Positions 8,987 through 19,662 of a DNA stretch of 64,000 bases are shown here, in pieces. The position numbers and the translations under genes were made by a program. The notes under the pieces were generated by a model, which saw only the letters and a program-made list of their open reading frames with translations, had not been told where the DNA came from and searched no databases. How positions within the stretch are numbered: position 1 is the first letter of the stretch; every line of letters starts with the position of its first letter. The stretch is from an uncultured Gammaproteobacteria bacterium (GTDB taxonomy: Bacteria > Pseudomonadota > Gammaproteobacteria > Steroidobacterales > Rariloculaceae): positions 199,145 through 263,144 of the forward strand of contig CAWDUG010000001.1 of assembly GCA_963805435.1 (NCBI GenBank), in the 5' to 3' direction.

Positions 8987-9745
8987 TCACTTCGGCCGCT
9001 TGTACAGATCGCCGTAGAGCAGTTCTTCGGTGAACGGCACGCACTTGAACTCCATCAGATGCGCGTGGCTGTCGGCATTCCTGAACAAGCGAAAGTGCAT
9101 CGACCACGGCCGGGAGAACGTCATCGGGTCCTCGAGCGTGGCCGAATAGTCGATCGCGTCGGGGCCCGCCGGAGTGTAGCGCTCCACCACGTGCAGCGCC
9201 GCGCTCGCGTGATTGCCCGCGCGATCGAGCCAGGCGAGCCCGTTGAAACCGCTCACGTCCACGACGAGCGTATCGCCGTCCCAACGCGCGTTCGACACGC
9301 CCATCCAGCTGTCGATCGCGGAGGGCTCCGGTTTGCCGAGGTTGATGATACGAGCGGTGCCGGCGAACTGATACGCGAAGAGCATGCGGCCATCCGAATG
9401 AAAGATCTGCAGCGGATACGGCATGTAGTTCGCACGCGGTACGCCGGGCATGAAGCATTTGACCTCGGGGTCTTCTTTCCAGCGATTCTCGTAGTTGCGC
9501 CGTTGCTGCTCGGCGGCTGCGGGCAGGTACGGAATTTCGTCGCCGTCGACGATGCCGTAGCCGGGCGGCGTCGCGAGCAGCGCGCCGTACTCGGGCGGGC
9601 CCGCGCTCGCGCCGTGTGTCAGGAGGTTCCAGTTGGCCGTCGTCGTTGCCTGCCACACACCGCTGAAGTTCGGTTTGCCGTTCGCGAGCCGCGGAAGGTC
9701 GCTCGCGCGCGAGCCTTGCGCGTGCGCGTTCGCGGCGAGCAGCAC
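8987..9745 (-). CDS. secreted two-Cys partner protein, copy 3; signal peptide probably disrupted by an indel
   Basis: Motifs: KPNFSGVW, KCFMPGVP, ARWDGDTLVVDVSGF, ERYT and FKCVPF. An ATG at 9778-9780 opens MRSTLAAS in another frame, which would complete a signal peptide (..TLCVLLAANAHAQ) if one indel near ~9755 is corrected. Confidence 0.75.
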   Translation of the reverse strand: MLLAANAHAQGSRASDLPRLANGKPNFSGVWQATTTANWNLLTHGASAGPPEYGALLATPPGYGIVDGDEIPYLPAAAEQQRRNYENRWKEDPEVKCFMPGVPRANYMPYPLQIFHSDGRMLFAYQFAGTARIINLGKPEPSAIDSWMGVSNARWDGDTLVVDVSGFNGLAWLDRAGNHASAALHVVERYTPAGPDAIDYSATLEDPMTFSRPWSMHFRLFRNADSHAHLMEFKCVPFTEELLYGDLYKRPK

Positions 9746-9792
9746 GCAAAGTGTCAGCTAGCAGCAAGTGTCGATCGCATCGTCGGTGTTTC

Positions 9793-11059
9793 TCAGTCGT
9801 GTGCAGGCTCGATTCGCAGAATCGAGCCGTTGGGTGTGAGCTTGGTGCTGCCGGGGCCGGATTGTCCGTCCCTTTCGACCGCCAGATAGAGGTTGCCGTC
9901 CGGACCTTGGCGCACGTCGCGCACGCGCGCGTCGAGCGACACGAGCATCGATTCGCGGCGCTCGAGTTGCGGCGGCGGCTGATCGAACGCGACGCGCAGC
10001 AACTGCTGGCCGCTCAGCGCTCCAATGAAGTAGTGGCCGCGCCAGAGCGGGAACTTATCGCCGGTGTAGATCATGAGGCTCGATGGGCTGATGGCGGGTA
10101 CCCAGAACATCACGGGGTTGTCCATGCCGGGTCGCGACCACGGCTGGTCCGAGGCGAGATGCCCGGTGTAGATCTTGCCGAGCGACACGAGTGGCCAGCC
10201 GTAGTTGTGCCCCGGAACGAGACGGTTCAGCTCGTCGCCACCCATCGGGCCGATCTCGGTAGCCCAGAGCTCGCCGGTTTGCGGATGCCAGGCGAGCCCC
10301 TGCACGTTGCGGTGGCCGTAGGTATAGATCTCGGGCTTGGCGTCCTTGCGGCCGACGAACGGATTGTCCGGGGCTGCGGTGCCGTCGTCGCGCAGCCGCA
10401 GAACCTTGCCGACGTGGGTATTGAGATCCTGCGCGAGCATGCGGTAGCTCGGGTTGTCGGTCGTGTTGCCGGCGTCGCGGTCGCCGACCGTCAGATAGAG
10501 CATCCGGTCGGGCCCAATCTCCAGGCGGCCGGCGGTCGCGCCCGTGCCCCAGGCGTCGGCGACGAACACGTCCTGCACGGCCTCGAGCGACGTGCCGTCG
10601 AACTTACCGCGCGCGAGCGCGATCGTCGTGTCGCCGCCGTCGCGCTGTTTCACGTACGAGAAATACAGCTGTTGGTTGCGCGCGAAATCCGGATGCAGCA
10701 CGACGGAGTTCATGCTGCGCGCATGCAGCGCATCGGCGGGCCAGCCGGCGACCGGTTTCGGCATCGAGCTTCCCGCCGCGCACGATGCGCAGGTCGCCGG
10801 GGAGCTCCGTCACGAGCATGTCGGTGCCGCCCGGCAGAAACGTCAGGTGCCAGGGCCGCACGAGCCCGTAGGCGACGGTGACGACGTGAATCCGCACGAG
10901 CTCGCCCGGTGGGCAGCCGCCGTGCGGCGAGCCGTTCGGCGAACAGGGGCCCGGCGTGTGGGTGTCGAACGTCCAGCTGGCGTTGTCGTCCTGCGCGCGG
11001 ACGAGCGGGGCCGCACACAACGCAGCGGCCGCGAGCATGATCGATCGAACCTGCAGCAT
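9793..11059 (-). pseudogene. PQQ-dependent sugar dehydrogenase (sGDH/YliI type), one frameshift
   Basis: C-terminal ORF 9793..10764 has YTYGHRNVQGLAWHPQTGELWATEIGPMGGDELN and NYGWP blocks typical of soluble aldose/sorbosone dehydrogenases. The N-terminal part (MLQVRSIML...signal...[15 protein letters not shown]) is in another frame, with the junction near ~10759. Confidence 0.8.
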
Positions 11060-11160
11060 CCCCCGCCCCCCGGCTGAGACCAACGTGGCCCGAACGACGA
11101 TAGGGGAGCGTGCGCGGCGGCGTCAAGGACAGCACGGATACCACCCGCGAGAACCGCTCG

Positions 11161-11189
11161 TTGACTCGCTCACCGAAGGGACGTAGGTT
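11161..11189 (+). promoter_or_regulatory. sigma70-like promoter (TTGACT, 17-nt spacer, TAGGTT) inside a conserved 42-nt element, copy 2
   Basis: TTGACT at 11161-11166 and TAGGTT at 11184-11189. Lies upstream of the plus-strand PQQ sugar dehydrogenase operon. Near-identical to the element at 6674-6715. Confidence 0.4.
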
Positions 11190-11242
11190 CTGCAGCGAGC
11201 CGCGCGCCCTCCGGATCGACCGGGTACCAAAAGAACTAGCGA

Positions 11243-12629
11243 TTGACGTACGGGCGCCGTCCTCGACGGGGGGTAATGATGAACGATCGCACGCTACGCT
11301 CGTGGTTTCTGCTGGCGTTACTGGCACTCGCGCAGGGCTGCACGCCGACCGCGCCACCCACTGCAGCCGCGAGCCCGCCCTCGCCGGCAGCGCCCGACCC
11401 GCTCGTGTTCGACACCTGGGTGCCGGGCCCGTGCTCGCCGAACGGTCAGCCGCAAGGCCAGTGCCCGCCGGGAGATCTGTTCCGCGTGCGCCTCGTCCCG
11501 GTGGCCGAAGGGCTCAGGAGCCCGCGCCACATCGCGTTCACGCCGGACGGCGATCTCCTGATCACCGAGCTTGCGGCGCCGGCGGGAGACCCCGGCGGGC
11601 GGCAATCAATCCGTGCAGGGTCAACCTGGCCGCGTGCGTATCGTGCATGCCGGAGTGCTCGCGTCAGAGCCACTCGCGGGTTGGCCCGCGCCGGGCATCA
11701 CGGCCGGCGCGTTGTGGTCGATCGTCGTGCACCCGCAGTTCGCGGCGAACCACCTCGTGTACCTGTACTACGTCAAGAAGCGCGACGGGATGTCGACGCG
11801 CGCGCTCGCGCGCGCGCGCCTCGAGGGCACTTCGCTGCTCGACGTGCAGGAGATCTTCGAAGCCGACGCGTGGATTCCGGGCGGGCCGATGGCGGGCCGC
11901 GCCGTCTTCGGGCCCGACGGCATGATCTATCTGACGGTGAACGATCACGTCGAGCACGACTACAAGAACGGCGGCGGCGAGCCGCTGCTCGCGCAACAGC
12001 TCGACAACGACATCGGCAAGGTCTTGCGTCTGCGCGACGACGGCGGCATTCCGGCCGACAACCCGTTCGTCGGGCGCAAGGGTGCGAAACCCGAGATCTA
12101 TACCTTCGGGCAGCGCAACGTGACGGACTTCGCCTGGCATCCGGAGACGGGCGAGCTCTGGACCACGGAGATCGCGCCCATGGGCGGCGACGAGATCAAC
12201 ATCCTGCACGCCGGGAAGAACTACGGTTGGCCGCTCGTATCGCTCGGCAAGAACTACAACTTGAAAGAGATGAACGACAACCACTGGTACCGGCCGGGCA
12301 TGGAAATGCCCGTCATGTACTGGACGCCCGCGATCAGTCCGTCGACGTTGACGTGGTACACGGGCGACAAGCTCGCGCCGTGGAAGGGGCATCTGTTCGT
12401 CGGCGCGCTGAACGGCCAGACGCTCGTGCGCGTGGCGTTCGATCAGCCCATGCCGCAAGGCGAACGGCGCGATTCGCTGTTCATGTCGCTCGGCCGGCGC
12501 TGGCGCCACGTGGTTCAGGGGCCGGACGGCTATCTGTATGCGCTGACGGAGAAGCGCACGCTCGGTAGCCCTGCGGATCCGAACGACGCGACGAGCGGGG
12601 TCGTTTACCGCATCGAGCCGGCGCAGTAG
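11243..12629 (+). pseudogene. PQQ-dependent sugar dehydrogenase (sGDH/YliI type) lipoprotein, one frameshift
   Basis: N terminus ...LLALLALAQGC has a lipobox; the true start may be the MMNDRT codons at ~11276. The C-terminal ORF 11571..12629 has YTFGQRNVTDFAWHPETGELWTTEIAPMGGDEIN and NYGWP. Frame junction is at ~11600-11625. Paralogue of 9793..11059, including the shared PGPCSPNG-x-P-x-G-x-CPPG segment. Confidence 0.8.
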
Positions 12630-12657
12630 CGTACTCGGCACAGATGGGAGACTGGCA

Positions 12658-13035
12658 GTGACGCGAAATCTTCTGGCCCTCCTTGCGTTCGCGGCGCCCG
12701 CGTTCGGCCATCATTCGGAGACTGCTGAGTTCAATCCCGACACCCCGGTGAAGGTGACCGGCACGATCGTGAAGGTGGAGTGGCTGAATCCTCACGTGTG
12801 GTTCTATGTCGACGTGAAGGACGAGAAAGGCAACGTGACGACGTGGGGATTTGCCGGAGCGCCTCCCGGTTCCCTGATGCGCAGGGGCATCACGAAGGAA
12901 GTCTTGAAGATCGGCTCCGTCGTCAACGTCGAAGGTTCGCGCGCGAGGGACGGCTCGAACAACGCGTCGAGCCGAAGCGTGACGTTCGCCGACGGCAGAA
13001 ACGTGTTCACCGCCACGAACGAGGGTTCGCGATGA
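12658..13035 (+). CDS. small secreted HH-protein (DUF6152-like), copy 3
   Basis: GTG start. Signal ...APAFG followed by HHSETAEFN, then VKVEWLNPHVWFYVDV. Its TGA (13033-13035) overlaps the ATG (13032-13034) of the next gene. Confidence 0.75.
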   Translation: MTRNLLALLAFAAPAFGHHSETAEFNPDTPVKVTGTIVKVEWLNPHVWFYVDVKDEKGNVTTWGFAGAPPGSLMRRGITKEVLKIGSVVNVEGSRARDGSNNASSRSVTFADGRNVFTATNEGSR

Positions 13036-13803
13036 AACGCGTCTGGCCACGGGCGAGCGGTCTTTTGGCGGTCGCTCACGCTCGCTGCGATCGCGATCGC
13101 GAGGGCGCGAGGACGTGCCCCGCATGCCGGACGGCAAACCGGACTTTTCTGGTATCTACACGCAGCCTTCCACGGTGAACGCGACGGGCCCGCGCGGCAA
13201 TCTGATCTTCAACGCGGACAAGATGGCGCCTGTGAAGCCCGGCGCCGAAAGCCTGCTCTACGAGCCGCGCAACGGCGACCCGCGTCACGACGAGCCGCGC
13301 GCGATGTGCCTGCCGGCAGGGTTCCCCGACGGCATGCTGTACATTCTGCCGATTCAGATCGTCCAGAACCCGAACACCATCGTGATCATTCCCGAGCTGC
13401 AGCGCGCGGCGCGGATCATCCCGACCGATGGCCGCCCGCATCAGCGACGGGCATCGAGCCCACGTACTACGGCGATTCGGTAGGGAAGTGGGAAGGCGAC
13501 ACGCTCGTGATCGACAGCGTGAACTTCAAGCGCTGGATCCTGGACGACTACCACTACACCGACCCGACGAAGACGCGCTGGCACAGCGACGCGCTGCACA
13601 CGACCGAACGCTTGAAGCGCGACGGCGACAAGCTCCTCTACCAGATCACGATCGACGATCCGAAGATCTTCACGAAGCCGTTCTCGCAGGATTTCGTGCT
13701 GACGTTGCGCCGTGACTGGGAGCAGCTCGGCCTTCTCGAGTACGTGTGCGAGGAGAACAATCGCTGCGCGGGCGGGCACTGCCGCGCCTCGGACGCGCAG
13801 TAG
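13032..13803 (+). pseudogene. secreted two-Cys partner protein, copy 4, about three frameshifts
   Basis: MKRVWPRASGLLAV (frame 1), LTLAAIAIARA (frame 2) and VPRMPDGKPDFSGIY...CLPAGFP...RIIPTDGRPH (ORF 13115..13483), then GKWEGDTLVIDSVNF...ERL...YVCEENN (ORF 13306..13803). Junctions near ~13072, ~13108 and ~13440. Confidence 0.7.
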
Positions 13804-13971
13804 CGTATCGAGCCCGCCGCGTGGGGCTCTTGGGTCGAGTCAAGCGGCCGGGGGTTGCCGTGTGCTGCCACCAGGGGCGGCGCTCGTATATGAACTCTCG
13901 TGAAGTGGGGTTCGTTTTCGGCGCGCGCCTGCTATCGTTAGAGGTCACCGCGCTCGAGTAGCCCACGAACA

Positions 13972-15189
13972 ATGAGAACAAGGACGCTCGCCTCGTTACC
14001 CATTTTCCTCGCCGTGCTGTGCACGGCGTGCAGCAAGCCCGCGCCGCCCGCGCCCGCACCGCCGACGGTGGAAGTGGGAACACCCCTGTCCCAGCGCGTC
14101 GCGGGTTGGGACGACTATTCCGGCCGCTTCGAGCCGGTGGACTGCCGTCGAGGTGCGGCCGCGCGTCTCGGGCGCGATCCAGTCGGTGCAACTTTCAGGA
14201 CGGCCAGCGTGGTGCAAGAAGGGCGACCTGCTGTTCGTCATCGACCCGCGGCCCTACGCCGCGCGATCTCGCCCAGGCGAAGGCGCAGGTGGCGGGCGCG
14301 CGGGCGCAGCTCGCCAACGCGGACGCGGAGCTGAAGCGCGCCGAGGCGCTGGTCGGGAAACGAGCTCGTCAGCGAGGCGCGAGGCCGAGGTGCGCATGGC
14401 CGCGCAGCTCAAGGCCGCCGCAGAGCTCGCCGCCGCCGAGGCGTCGGTGCAGACGAAGGAGCTGAACCTCTCGTTCACGCGCGTGACGGCGCCGCTCGCG
14501 GGCCGCGCGTCGTACCGGCGCCTGGCGCCGGGCAACATCGTGACGGCCGACACGACGGTGCTGACCACGATCGTCTCCGAGGATCCGATCCGCTTCGTGT
14601 TCGATGCGCCCGAGTCCGCGCTGCTGAAGTACAAGCGCGAGGCCGACGGCGGGCGTGCGGAGTCGCGTGGACATCCGGTTGCAGGACGAGACCGAGTATC
14701 GCTGGAAGGGCCGCCTCGATTTCCTCGACAACGCGCTCGACCGCAGCTCGGGCACGATCCGCGCTGCGCGCCGTCGTCGACAATCCCGACGGGTTCATCT
14801 CACCGGGCATGTTCGGCCAGCTGCGGCTGTACGCATCCGAGCCCTTCGACGCGTTGCTCGTCCCGGATCAGGCCATCGTCACCGACCAGACGCGCCAGGT
14901 CGTGTACGTGGTGAACGCCGAAGGCGTGGTCGCGCCAGAAGGTGGTGGAGCCCGGGCAGCCTCATGGACGGCCTGCGCGTGGTCCGCGAGCGGCCTCGAC
15001 GCCGCAGGACCGCGTGGTCATCAGCGGCGTGCAGCGCGCGCGCCCGGGCCGCAAGGTGACGGTGAACGAAAGCCACGGTGACGGCGTTCCCCACCGGCGT
15101 GTCGCGCGGCGAGAACAGCACGCTGTCGCTGCCCGAGCGCGCCGGCACCGGCGCAGCCCGGGCCGCGCCCCCAGCGCGGCGGCCGCTAG
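13972..15189 (+). pseudogene. RND efflux membrane fusion (periplasmic adaptor) lipoprotein, six or more frameshifts
   Basis: Lipobox LAVLCTAC. Collinear AcrA/MexA-like blocks are spread over all three frames: EVRPRVSGAIQSV, GDLLFVIDPRPY, AQAKAQVAGARAQLANADAELKRAEAL, ELNLSFTRVTAPLAGR, IRFVFDAPES, MFGQLRLY...ALLVPDQAIVTDQ and VVISGVQRARPG. The 3' end is uncertain. Confidence 0.7.
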
Positions 15190-15199
15190 AGCGTCGCGC

Positions 15200-18100
15200 A
15201 TGCGCCTCTCGCACTTCTTCATCGACCGGCCGATCTTCGCGGCCGCGGTGTCGGTGGTCATCACGCTGACCGGGCGTCATCTCGTACCTCACGCTGCCGG
15301 TCGACCAGTATCCGAACATCGCGCCGCCCACGGTGTCGGTCAACGCGCTGTATCCGGGCGCCACGGCCGAGGAGATCGCGGACACGGTGGCCGCGCCGCT
15401 CGAGCAGCAGATCAACGGCATCAGCCGACATGCTGTACATGTCGTCCTCGTCCACGAGCGAGGGGCGCATGACGATCACCGTCACGTTCAAGAACGGCAC
15501 GAACGTCGACATCGCGCAGGTGGACGTGCAGAACCGCATCCAGTCGGTGCTGCCGCAGCTGCCGCAGACCGTGCGCGACCTGGGCATCACGGTGCGCAAG
15601 GGCTCGACCGGACATTCTGCTGATCGTGCACATGTTCGCCACCGATGCGAGCGTGGACCGCAAGTACATCGCGAACTACGCGAACCTGCAGGTGCGCGAG
15701 CGGCTGCTGCGCACGCCGGGCGTGGGCGACGTGAACATGAACGCCGCGCGCGACTACGCCATGCGCGTGTGGATCGATCCGGAGCGCGCGGCCGCGCGCG
15801 ACCTCACCGTGCAGGAAATCGTCGATGCGCTGCGCAACAACAACCTGCAGGTCGCCGGCGGCGCCATCGGCTCGCCGCCGTTCAACGACAACCCCGCCGC
15901 GTACCAGCTGAACATGCGCGCGCAGGGCCGGCTCGAAACGCCGGAGGAATTCGCGGACGCCATCATCAAGCGCGATGCGCAGGGCCGCGTCACGCGCATC
16001 GGCGACGTGGCGCGCGTGGAGCTCGGCGCGCAGAACTACGCGCGTCAACGCGTACAAGAGCCTGGATCCCGCCGTGTCGCTCAGCGTGCAACAGGCGCCG
16101 AACACCAACGCGCTCGAGACGTGGGACAACATCCGCAGCACGATGGAGGAGCTGAAGACCCAGTTCCCGCCGGGCGTGGCCTACGAGATCATCTTCAACC
16201 CCGTGGCGTTCACGCGCGCGGCCGTGGAGGCCGTGCAGGAGACGCTGCTCGAGGCCATGATCCTCGCGGTCATCGTGGTCATGCTGTTCCTGCAGCGCTG
16301 GCGCACGGCCATGATCCCGCTGCTCGCGATTCCCGTGTCGCTGATCGGCACGCTGACGGTCATGTCGGCGTTCGGCTTCTCGCTGAACAACCTGTCGATG
16401 TTCGGGCTCGTGCTGTCGATCGGCATCGTGGTCGACGACGCGATCGTCGTGGTCGAGAACGCGGAGCGGCACATTCGCGCCGGCATGGCGCCGCGCGACG
16501 CCGCGCATCTCACGATGGACGAGTGCGGCGGCGCGCTGATCGGCATCGCGCTCGTGCTCGTGGCCGTGTTCGTGCCCGACGGCGTTCATGGGCGGCATCG
16601 CCGGCGCGTTCTACAAGCAGTTCGCGCTGACGATCGCGTCGGCCACGGTGATCTCGCTGGTCGTGTCGCTCACGCTGTCGCCGGCGCTCGCGGCCGTGAT
16701 CCTGACGCCGCACGATGCCGTGCACCGCGCGCACGGCGCTTCGGTGCGCGGCTGCACGCGCTGGCCGAGCGCGCGAATGGCTGGCTCGAGCGGCTCTCCG
16801 GCCGCTTACGCGCGCCTCACGCGGCGCTGCGCTGCGCCATCGCGCGATGCTGATCGGCGCTGTACGCGCGGACTGGTCGTGCTCACGGCCTGGCGCGTGA
16901 TCGACACGCCGCGCGGCTTCGTGCCCGTCGCAGGACCAGAACGACGTACTGATCCAGATCACGATGCCGCCGGGCACGAGCCTCGCGCGCACCGATGCCC
17001 TCGTGCAGCAGGTGATTCCCGATCATCCTGGGCACGCCCGGCGTGTCGTCGGCCTCCGTGTATGCCGGCATGGGCGGCGGCAGCTTCAGCAACTCCACGA
17101 ACTGCGGGCCAGATCTTCGCGATCTTCGATCCGTTCGAGAAGCGCCTGCCGAAGGGGCAGACGTTGCCGGTCGATCGCGGCCGAGCTGCGCAAGCGGCTG
17201 TCCGCTTTCACGGCCGCCGAGATCCGCGTCGTGAACCCGGCTTCGGTGCGCGGCATGGGCAACGCCGGTGGCTTTCAGCATGATGGTCGAGGACCGCGGC
17301 GGGCTCGGGTTATCGCGCGCTCGAGGACGCGGTGCAGCGGCTCACGGAAGCGGCGCTCGAAGGACCCGGCCATCTCGCAGGCGTTCAGCGACTTCAACAC
17401 GCGCAACCCGACGCTCGATGCCGTGGTGGATCGCGACAAGGCCGAGATGCTCGGCGTGCCGGTGCGCAACATGTTCGGCACGCTGCAGACCTATCTCGCC
17501 GGCACGTACGTCAACAACATCAACATGCTGGGCCACACGTTCCAGGTGATCGCGCAGGGCGACGCCAGCTACCGCCAGGACGCAGGAATGGGTGGGGCAG
17601 CTGAAGACGCGCTCGGCGTCCGGCGCCATGGTGCCGATCAGCGCGATCGCGAAGCTGCAGCCCGCCACCGCGCCGTATCGCGTGGTGCGCTACAACCTGT
17701 ATCCCGCCGCCGACATCCAGGGCGACACGGCCGCCGGCCATTCGTCCGGCGAAGCGATGGCCGCGATGGAGCGCATCGCGCGCGATACGCTGCCGGCCGG
17801 CATGAGCTTCGAGTGGACGGGCATCGCCTACCAGCAGCGCTTGTCCGGCGACGCCGGCGGGCTCGCGTTCGTCGCTCGGCGTGGTGTTCGTGTTCATCTT
17901 CCTCGCGGCGCTGTACGAGAGCCTGACGCTGCCGCTGGCCGTGATCCTGATCGTGCCGATGTGCCTGCTCGCCGCGATCCTCGGCGTGAACCTGCGCGGC
18001 CTCGACAACAACATCCTGACGCAGATCGGCATGGTGGTGCTGATCGGCCTCGCGGCGAAGAACGCGATCCTGATCGTCGAGTTCGCGCGCCAGGGCGAGG

Positions 18101-18390
18101 AGCACGGCTTGAACAGCGTCGACGCCGCGATCGCGGCCGCGAAGACGCGGTTGCGCCCGATCCTGATGACGTCGGCCGCGTTCATCTTCGGCGTGATTCC
18201 GCTCGCGTTCGCCAGCGGCCCCGGCGCGGAGCTGCGCCAGGCGCTCGGCGTGGGCGTGTTCTACGGCATGATCGGCGTGACCGTGTTCGGCCTCGTGTTC
18301 ACGCCGCTGTTCTACGTGCTGAGCCGCAAGCTCGCGCCAGCGCTTCTCGCGCGAGTCGCACGTGCCGCGCGTGCGTGTAGCGGGCGATAA
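15200..18390 (+). pseudogene. RND (HAE1, AcrB/MexB-like) efflux transporter, ten or more frameshifts
   Basis: [25 protein letters not shown] at 15200, then collinear AcrB-like segments that switch frame repeatedly. Examples: [90 protein letters not shown] and LPLAVILIVPMCLLAAILG...LIGLAAKNAILIVEFA. Stop at 18388-18390. Confidence 0.8.
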
Positions 18391-18470
18391 GCCCTCGGGC
18401 GGATCCGGTGGCACGTTGGCCGTTCGGCCGGCGAGCCCCGAGTGAAGTGCGGCGCGAGCGTGCAACGCCG

Positions 18471-19643
18471 ATGCCGCACGTGACGAGTTCCCTGACCGGC
18501 GAGCAAATACTCGCGAACACGCGTGCGCTCGCGCCCGAGATCGCCGCGCGCGCCGCCGAAGCTGCGGAGCTGCGGCGCTTGCCGCGCGACCTGGTCGACA
18601 AGCTCAAAGCCGCGGGCTGCTTTCGCGTGATGTTCCCGAAAGCATGGGGCGGGCCCGAGATGCCGCTGCCGATGCAGCTGCAGATGATCGAGACGCTCGC
18701 GCACGCCGACACGGCCGTCGCGTGGTGCGTGAAGATCGGCAGCGACAGCGGCCTTTTCGCCGCGTGGCTGAAGGAACCCGCCGCGCGCGAGCTCTACACC
18801 GACATCGATTTCGTCACAGCGGGGCAGGCACCGCCAAACGGCCGCGCCACGAAGGTGGATGGCGGCTACCGCGTGACGGGCCGCTGGGGCTTCGGCTCCG
18901 GCTGCACGCACGCCGACGTGATGATCGGCGGCTGCATCGTCGAGAACGCGCCGGCAGGCCCCGGGGGAATTCCTGCGGTCGTTCACGTGCTCGCGCCGGC
19001 CGCCGGATGGCAGATCGAGGACACCTGGTACGCCACGGGTCTCGCCGGCAGCGGCAGTCATCACTACTCCGCAAAAGATCTGTTCGTCCCGGAGCGCCAC
19101 GTCTTCGATCTTTTCGCACCGTCGGGTAGAAGCGAGCCGCTGTATCGATTGCCGATCACGGCGTCGGTATCCGTGCCGATGGCCGGCACGCCGCTCGGTC
19201 TCGCGCGGCGCGCGATCGACGAGCTCGTCGCGCTCGCCGGCAAGAAGATCGTCGCGATTCCGCCGCCGCCGGTGCTGATCAAGAACCTGCCGCGCGTGCG
19301 CCTCGCGGTCGCTCGCGCCGAGAGCCTGCTCGGTGCCGCGCGTGCCTATGTGTACGAGACCGTGAATCGACTGTGGCGCGAAGTCGAGCAGGGTGGTGTG
19401 GCGTCGATGCAGGCGCGTCGCGACGTCGGTCTCGCGCGCATCCATGCACATCGAATGGCCGCCGAGGTCGCCGAGCTGATGTTCGACGCGGCCGGGCCGG
19501 CCGCCGTGTACGCGAGCTCGCCGCTCGATCGGTTGCTGCGCGACGCTGTCACGATCAAGCAGCATCTGCTCTTCAACGACGGCGTGCTCGAGGAGCTCGG
19601 CGCGATGGCGCTCGGCGACGAGGTCGCGACGCGGTTCGTATAG
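18471..19643 (+). CDS. acyl-CoA dehydrogenase family protein (type-2/flavin monooxygenase-like)
   Basis: MPHVTSSLTGEQILANTRALAPEIAARAAEAAELRRLP... Contains the YRVTGRWGFGSGC motif and a C-terminal helical domain typical of ACAD-fold enzymes of the HsaA/DszC-like group. Confidence 0.7.
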   Translation: MPHVTSSLTGEQILANTRALAPEIAARAAEAAELRRLPRDLVDKLKAAGCFRVMFPKAWGGPEMPLPMQLQMIETLAHADTAVAWCVKIGSDSGLFAAWLKEPAARELYTDIDFVTAGQAPPNGRATKVDGGYRVTGRWGFGSGCTHADVMIGGCIVENAPAGPGGIPAVVHVLAPAAGWQIEDTWYATGLAGSGSHHYSAKDLFVPERHVFDLFAPSGRSEPLYRLPITASVSVPMAGTPLGLARRAIDELVALAGKKIVAIPPPPVLIKNLPRVRLAVARAESLLGAARAYVYETVNRLWREVEQGGVASMQARRDVGLARIHAHRMAAEVAELMFDAAGPAAVYASSPLDRLLRDAVTIKQHLLFNDGVLEELGAMALGDEVATRFV

Positions 19644-19662
19644 GCGGGGTTCGCCGCTCGCG

